A stretch of DNA of 64,000 bases. Origin: Eledone cirrhosa. Taxonomy: Eukaryota. The position numbers and the translations under genes were made by a program. The notes beneath the pieces were generated by a model that saw only the letters and a program-made list of their open reading frames with translations, ran no database searches and was not told the DNA's origin. Numbering within the stretch: the first letter of the stretch is position 1; each line of letters starts with the position of its first letter. The DNA lies in assembly GCA_964016885.1 (NCBI GenBank), contig OZ024745.1:69130001-69194000 (forward strand). The letters are read 5' to 3'. This document shows, one piece after another, positions 57,136 to 64,000 of the stretch.

Positions 57136-57339
57136 TCTCTCTCTTATATTATACTTCGGGGTTGTTAATACTAGATTAATGACCAATGCGGAGTAGCCGA
57201 CTCCAATATTAAGGGGAGGAGGCTCCTTTGATTTTGTTTAGTCAAACCGTTCTAGATATGGTGTGTCTCAAAAAAAAAAAAACCAACAACAACAACAAAA
57301 ATAAAACACTGCTGGTTGTGGCATCCCATCACCACTCTT

Positions 57340-58830
57340 CTTCTTAATGAGTGTAATGAATCAAAACAATCCTGAAATAAACGCTGTGAATTGGACTGGA
57401 CCTTTATGTGAAGGCAGCCCACCCGTCCGGTGTTTCGCGTGCGAGCTGCGTGGGCATGGTTGCCAACCTATTGCTGCTAGAACTGTATGGACAAAGAGAA
57501 GGAACATAGCTTTTATAGAGTGCTTCCATTTAAGTAGAGTGTTTGATGATCAGGGGAAGAAAATAAGGGGTTTCTGGAGAAGAATGCGTAACATTTGGAA
57601 TGAAAGACAAGCTATGAATTTAAGGGAACAGAGGTTGTGTAACCAAGCAATGATAATTAGGAAGAATGAATGGTTAACAGCACTTAAACTAGAAGATTTT
57701 AAAAGGGGGGTGATGGAAAAAGAGAGAAGGAAACTGAAGAAGGGGATGTGGTAGAAAATGTTGAGGAGGTTAATCTTGTGAATGCTGAAGAAATCTCATT
57801 GTGTGAGTATGAACAGGAATAAAGACGCGACATAATGTCTATTGGAAATAGGACGAAATTAAGTGAAGAGGATAATAGTGTGATTGACAATATTGTGGAA
57901 ATGATGGATAATGAACTGGGAAAGAATAGGAAAGAATATGAAGAGGTATAAGAGAGGTGCCAGAAGTCTACTTAGGGAATGGAGGAACAAAGTGAATGAA
58001 GTGTTATCCGAAATAAAGACACAAAACATAATAGCAACTGACAACCCAAATAAAGCATACACAACTCATACTGGGAGATGTCAAAACAAACCGAAGAAGA
58101 AACTATAAAGAAAAACAGTTATAGCAAGAAAAGGAAAATAGGGCATACCATTTAGCAAATAATATATCAGCATCGTAGACAAAAAATAAACGATGCGAAA
58201 TTAGGTGGAAGGAGAGATATAGGGAAGCTAAACGTAAATACAAGATTAAAAATAAGGCTATAAATGTAGTTATGGAAGAACCTAAGGAGAGACTACAAGC
58301 TAAAGCAACCAAAATTAAGAGTTTTCAACAGAGGATTCATCAATATAAGATCAACAAAATGTTCCGATGGGATGAAAAATGGGTTAACCAATAGCTGAAT
58401 AAACTGAAAGTAAAATCAATGAGAAATCGGACGCTGAAGAGATTAAGATATTCTGGAGTAGCATTTGGGATAGTAATAAATGCCATGATAAAGAAGTTGA
58501 GTGAGTGAAAGAATTAAGATTTGTGAAAGAGGGAATACGTAAATCAAAAAATGTAAGAATAAATACCCGGGTGGTCACAAAAAAAAAAAAAAATGATTAT
58601 TGTGGAACATAAGAAAGGTTGAGGTAATATCAATAGTCATAGTTTCTCTTGCCTAAATAATAATTTATTCATAACGTTATTGGTTGCTACAATGTTCATG
58701 TCTTCCCTTAAGGGGATTATTCAGGTAACTCTAATCAAAGAAGCTTCACTATTTAGAGAGTTCTCGAGCTCTACATCTCTTCTCAGATCAGAGGGGTGTC
58801 GGGAGATATATCCGGGATTCGCATGTTGAA
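57340..58830 (+). pseudogene. Internally deleted R4/Dong-clade non-LTR element (N-terminal ORF joined to the 3' end)
   Basis: WTKRRNIAFIECF..GFWRRMRNIWNER..EQRLCNQAMIIRKNEWLT, RLQAKATKIK..QYKINKMF, IFWSSIWD; after the poly(A) at 58578-58592, KVEVISIVI..RVLE. Confidence 0.75.
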
Positions 58831-60177
58831 GTGAGCTAAACAAAATATTTAAAATATTTGAAAATAATTAATGCATATTTTATAAGTTAAAGAACGAGAC
58901 ACAGACATTTAGTGTAAAAGATGTCATAGATTTCCAAGGAAAATCTGTATTTAGGAATTGTTAATATACTTGACTGAAGTGTAGTTCAATATATAATTAT
59001 GCAGTTATGAATATATTTCAAAATATGTCTCGAACATTATGAAGAAAATGTTTGTCAATATGGTAGATATCTGATTTTGAAGATTGATTTACGTGACTAT
59101 GTAAATAATATATTTGCAGTAGTTACTGTTTGAATTGATGTAACATCATAGAAATCAATGTCAAGCATTCTTAAATATTCATCTTTCTGAATTTAACCAT
59201 TCAATATGTAAGCTGATTGAATGTAGATTCTGCAATGATGACATAAAGAACAGGATTCAGAAGAGAAGAGAAAATAACGTGTGTAAAATATATGAATTAT
59301 TACTAAAGCCCGAAGATAAATACATGCCATTCATAGCACAATAGGTTATGAGAAATACATTTGAAAAGCATATCTATCTTAAGAAAACATTTACTTTGAG
59401 AAGATTTTAGTATTTTCCACATTCCTTTTTAAAAATAAGCAACCGCTGCAATATCAAATAATAAAAAACATTAAAAAATATCTGCCTGTAAAACATTCAC
59501 TAAAAATGTTTCAGTAGTATTTTCCAAAATTTATTTGATTTAGCTACACTAATACGCTTGAGGTGAAATTGTCGAGTGGATAATATATTTTATGATAATC
59601 TACTCAGAGAGTTCAAATATGCTCCAAACGTTTCAACGGGTTCATTATAAATATCTATTTTGAAGGTTTAATTTATCTCAAGTCCAGGCGCACACCAAAC
59701 AGAGGCATATCATGGTTTCATCGGTGATATTTCACTGGGACTATAATAAACCAATCAGCCACATGACTGCTTATCAGCTGTAGCTCATTCTTTCAGCAAA
59801 GTACATAGACAAGAGCAACACGAAATTTAGTGTTTTGATCAAAGACACAATGTACTACCCGTTTCGGAAATCCGATCCAATACCCAACCATCGTGTTCCC
59901 AATACGTACAACAACTAAGTAATCACTTCTCATAATTCGTACCGTTGAAAAAATGATGTTAACAACGTTTGAATGATGTTCTATATGGGAGGAAATATAT
60001 CTCACTTGATTTTCACTATGAACTATGAAACTGGAGACAAGTACCATTTATTAAAGACTCTACTTTATTAGACATTGCAATTATTATATCTTAAGGAACG
60101 CAGGTTTATTTAAGTGGTTACGAAGTTCACTTAACCATTATAAAGTTACTGGTTTGATCGCACTACGTGACATCTTG

Positions 60178-60392
60178 TTTAAGTGTCGTTATAATGATCC
60201 CCAGACCAAGCTAACTCTTAGCTCTAGGTTAAGTGTCGTTATAAAGACCTCAGATCAATCTAAACGTCTTTTGTAAAAGCGTCGTTATAATGACACCCGG
60301 ATCAAGATAAAACTTGTCTCCTGATTACGTGTCAATATAATGACTCCAGAGCAACCTAAATTTGCCGCTTGGTTAAGTGTCGTTATAATGTA
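60178..60392. repeat. Degenerate ~45-55-bp tandem repeat (ttaagtgtcgttataatga...), about 5 copies
   Basis: gtcgttataa recurs at ~60185, 60235, 60281 and 60378, with a variant at ~60331. Confidence 0.7.
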
Positions 60393-60865
60393 ATTCAGAA
60401 TTATCTTAAGAGTACACATGTGTGTACAATGTTCTGCACCTGTATTTAAAAATTCAAGCTTTGCCACATGTCATACTAATTCCGTTGAATACATTGACGA
60501 CTAAATATACTAGTTGGACGTTCATTTGGTTGAGCAACTGATTGGTTGTCGTGGAGATCGAGGGATAATCCACCATTTTTATACTTCGATTGGAAAAGAA
60601 AGTGCAGTTGCTATGATAAATGCCTATGATAGTGCGCATAGAAGATAAACTATAATCACTATCTCCTTTCATCCAACAGTTAGAATGTGTTCCACGCCTA
60701 CGAAAGCATATCTGATGACAGGTCAGTTGAGAAACAAACATTATGATCGAACCCTGAGCAGATCGATATCGTTACAATTGTCATATGCAATACATTTCAT
60801 TTACGGTGCAGGCTTGACTTCGTTCCTTCTTACTTGTATACACACACATACACACACACACACAC

Positions 60866-60929
<64 letters not shown>

Positions 60930-61411
60930 GTATATATATATATGAAAGAAACACCTTGGTCACGAATAACCATGGGTTTGCATCTAGAAATTTCCCCTAT
61001 TCAGCACTATGGAAGACTAGCAGTCACACATGGATACCAGTGCCTTTCTTCATACCATCGATGATCTCGAAAGGAAAGGTAACGGCTGTCAGAGATTAGC
61101 ACGAGGCACATGGTGAATGAACAGGAGAAATATAAAATAGTGTTTTACTAAAGAACACAACGCAGCGCTCGGTCAATGAATCGAAATCACAACCTTAGAA
61201 TTGGGAATCCCACATTCTAACTACTAAGATATATATATATATATATAAACACATAAATACACATCTTTATCTCACCCCACTCTCTCTATGAATCTATCAG
61301 CATATATTAATATAGGAACGATCGACTTTCGTCAAATCGGACCGAGGAAGCAAGGTTTCCATTGGTTTTTCTAATTGCTAATACTATCTATCGGTCCCAA
61401 CTCCAGGTAGA

Positions 61412-61528
61412 TGGAGCAATGTGAAATAAAGTGTCTTGCCTAAGGACATAACGCATCACCCGGTCCGGGAATCGAACTCACAACCTCATGATTACGAATC
61501 AAATTCTCTACCAACTCAGCCACACGCC
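61412..61528 (-). mobile_element. tRNA-derived CORE-type SINE 5' part
   Basis: Reverse complement reads ggcgtgtggctgagttggtagag (A-box), gagttcgattcccgg (B-box), gtccttaggcaagacacttt (CORE-like). Confidence 0.75.
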
Positions 61529-61536
61529 TCCACATA

Positions 61537-61796
61537 TCTCCTTATAATATATAACCAGCAATTTCTCTGTCTGTCTGTCTGTCCGACACTGGAAACACGT
61601 GCGCGCGTGCGAATGATTTTTGCGCACGCGTAGAGAGAGAGTGAGAGAGTGAGAGTGAAAGAAAGAGACATACTACAAGAGGGGGATAGCGGGAGGGAGA
61701 GAGGGGAGAATGGAGGAGTGCTACAAAAACATATATACATTTCTGTGTGTGTGTAATATATATATATATACACACACAGAAATATATATACATTTC

Positions 61797-61854
<58 letters not shown>

Positions 61855-62619
61855 GAAATATATATATATATATTACACACACAGAAATGTATATATATAT
61901 ACACACAGAAATATATATACATCCCTTAGCTACTGTACTGTATCTGTTGCTATCTCTCTCTCTCTCCAGCTATCCCTCTCTTTTAGTCTGTCTGTTTCTC
62001 TCACTCTCACTCTTTCTCTTTGTAACACACTAACATTCCTCCTCTCTATCGCTGTGACGAATGGGAAGATGGAGGAGAAGGAGGAGGAGAGAGTAACTTC
62101 GTCACTTCACCTCTGCCTTTCTTTCTCTCCCCTCTCACTCCCTCATTACGTACAGACATTAGGGCGGTGGATTGGCAGAATCTGTAGAGAGTCGGACACC
62201 ATGCTTCATAGCATGGAGTTACGTCCCTCTACGGTCTGAGTTCAAATACCGCCGAGGTTAACTTTGCCTTTCATCCTCACGGGGTCGATAGAATAAAATA
62301 CCAGTAATGTACTGGGTAATTGCTGGCCTTGTGCCAAAAGTAGAAACAATTATTAGAAACATTGCTTCATTTTTACATATCTAAGCATTAGTAAAATAAC
62401 TAATAATTTCAAAAGTAATTTTTCAATTCCAATTGTTATGAACAGCAAAACATTAATAATAATTTTGTTCTAAGAAATATATATACATTTCTGTGTGTGT
62501 AATATATATATATATATATACACACACAGAAATATATATATATACACACAGAAATATATATACATTTCTGTGTGTGTAATATATATATACACAGAAATAT
62601 ATATACATTTCTGTGTATG

Positions 62620-62690
<71 letters not shown>

Positions 62691-63484
62691 GCAATATATG
62701 GGCATTTCTCTGTTTGGCTGTCTGTCCTCCCCTAAAACTCAAATGTAGGTGCTACAGAAATATTACCTTCCCCTTCCTTTCTCCACTTTGGTACTACCAA
62801 GAGAAACACTGTCGCTATAGAAACATTACCTTCCCCTCTCCACTGACTTTGGTCACTGAGGCCGAGGGAATCGCTGGTTGCTATAGAGACACCATGCACA
62901 AGCCAGAAGTAACCAGTTCGAGGCGGTTCTGACTTGACACCATGCCAAGTCTACTTATAATATATAATGTGCATTTCTCTGTTTGTTTGTCTGTCTGTCC
63001 GTCTGTAAAAAATGCCAAGGAAACAAATAGACGCGGTTTCAAATCTCTATGCTTTTCAAATTCATTACATTAATCTTTATTTATGCGTTTCGCTTTACGA
63101 GTGTTTCGACTTACGAGTTTTTCGGATTACGAGTGTTTCGGATTATCATTATATATAAACGTTTCTATTTCCATCGTTTTATCGTAAACGTTTATATATT
63201 TCCATCGTTATATCATAACGTTTATGTATCATAATGTTTATATTTCCGTCACTAATCTCTTTTTCTCCTTTTTCGTTTTAACATATATTTATTTCAAAGA
63301 TTTCAGCGTATAGATAACATATATATTTATACATGCATAAAAGACACACCGAGAGACGGTGAACATGTGGTGCCGAAAGCATTTCTCATCCAAATATCAA
63401 CAATATCAGTATATACACTAGATTTGCTAGCAGAAAACCGCCCACCGGGTGGTTTTCTGCTAGTCTATATTTATAAAACTGAGG

Positions 63485-63523
<39 letters not shown>

Positions 63524-64000
63524 CTAAAACGGTCGGCACACAACTCCTCCTTAACGGTACGTTCAAATTTCGTTGAAGTTGCTACACTTATAGATGAAGC
63601 TCCGGCGGAGACATCGGTCAAAACAATTTTCAAATCGACCCACGCCAAGTGCAAAAATCGAAATTGTAATGTATTGATTTTTCAGTTCAAATGTATAAAT
63701 AGAGATGAGAGACGAGTTATTTCCCTTTTATGGCGTCATTTGCTTATCTATTTATGTTACGTATATACGACGCGTGCAAAAGTACAAAAATATACCAACA
63801 ACTTTCGGACCAGCCAAAATTTAACCTGCAAAATTCATGAGTTCAAATTTACAACATTAAGCTTCCATTTTGCTTCATTTCCATTTAAAAGTCTTTTAAA
63901 ACAATATTTTTACTTGAAAACAAGCCTATTTGAATACACCGTAAAACAAGCAAATATTTTGTAAAAAAAGCATTCATCTCGATTAAAGCCGGATGAGATT
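61537..64000 (+). mobile_element. Cluster of non-autonomous Helitron-like elements: 5' TC..TATAATATATAA plus (GTCT)n starts at 61537, 62950 and 63464; 3' hairpin-CTAG at 63427-63463
   Basis: Repeated 5' signature followed by (GTCT)n; GC hairpin ending CTAG|T directly before the next 5' end. Confidence 0.6.
62163..62353 (+). mobile_element. Full-length Meta-like tRNA SINE
   Basis: Collinear with 33161-33351. Confidence 0.92.

Noticed and set aside
60705-60750. CTGATGA...GAAA at 60712
   Set aside because: No stem II or stem I complementarity.

Overview
AT-rich, microsatellite-dense, apparently gene-free (intergenic or intronic) animal DNA. The repeat content (Meta-domain and CORE-type tRNA SINEs, very long (TA)n/(TATG)n tracts) resembles Octopus genomic DNA; that assignment is an inference. 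Almost all ORFs in the track are microsatellite artefacts, and no host exon could be supported. Real content: a decayed 5'-truncated L1/Tx1 LINE with an internal 7x59-bp repeat; fossils of hAT, RTE, R4/Dong, CRE and Penelope-like (GIY-YIG) elements; tandem SINE arrays; Helitron-like ends; and a 4.4-kb composite satellite. The most interesting signal is a set of small non-coding elements embedded in (TA)n tracts that carry type I hammerhead ribozymes (CUGAUGA...GAAA core, long stem II, self-complementary 8-nt stem III). They occur as long inverted pairs (5245-5466, 25877-26206, degenerate 24572-24693) or as a direct pair (54452-55129), and share an ACTC..GGAGT leader motif. This looks like a Penelope-derived, retrozyme-like non-autonomous system. 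All structures and coordinates were read by eye and need computational confirmation.
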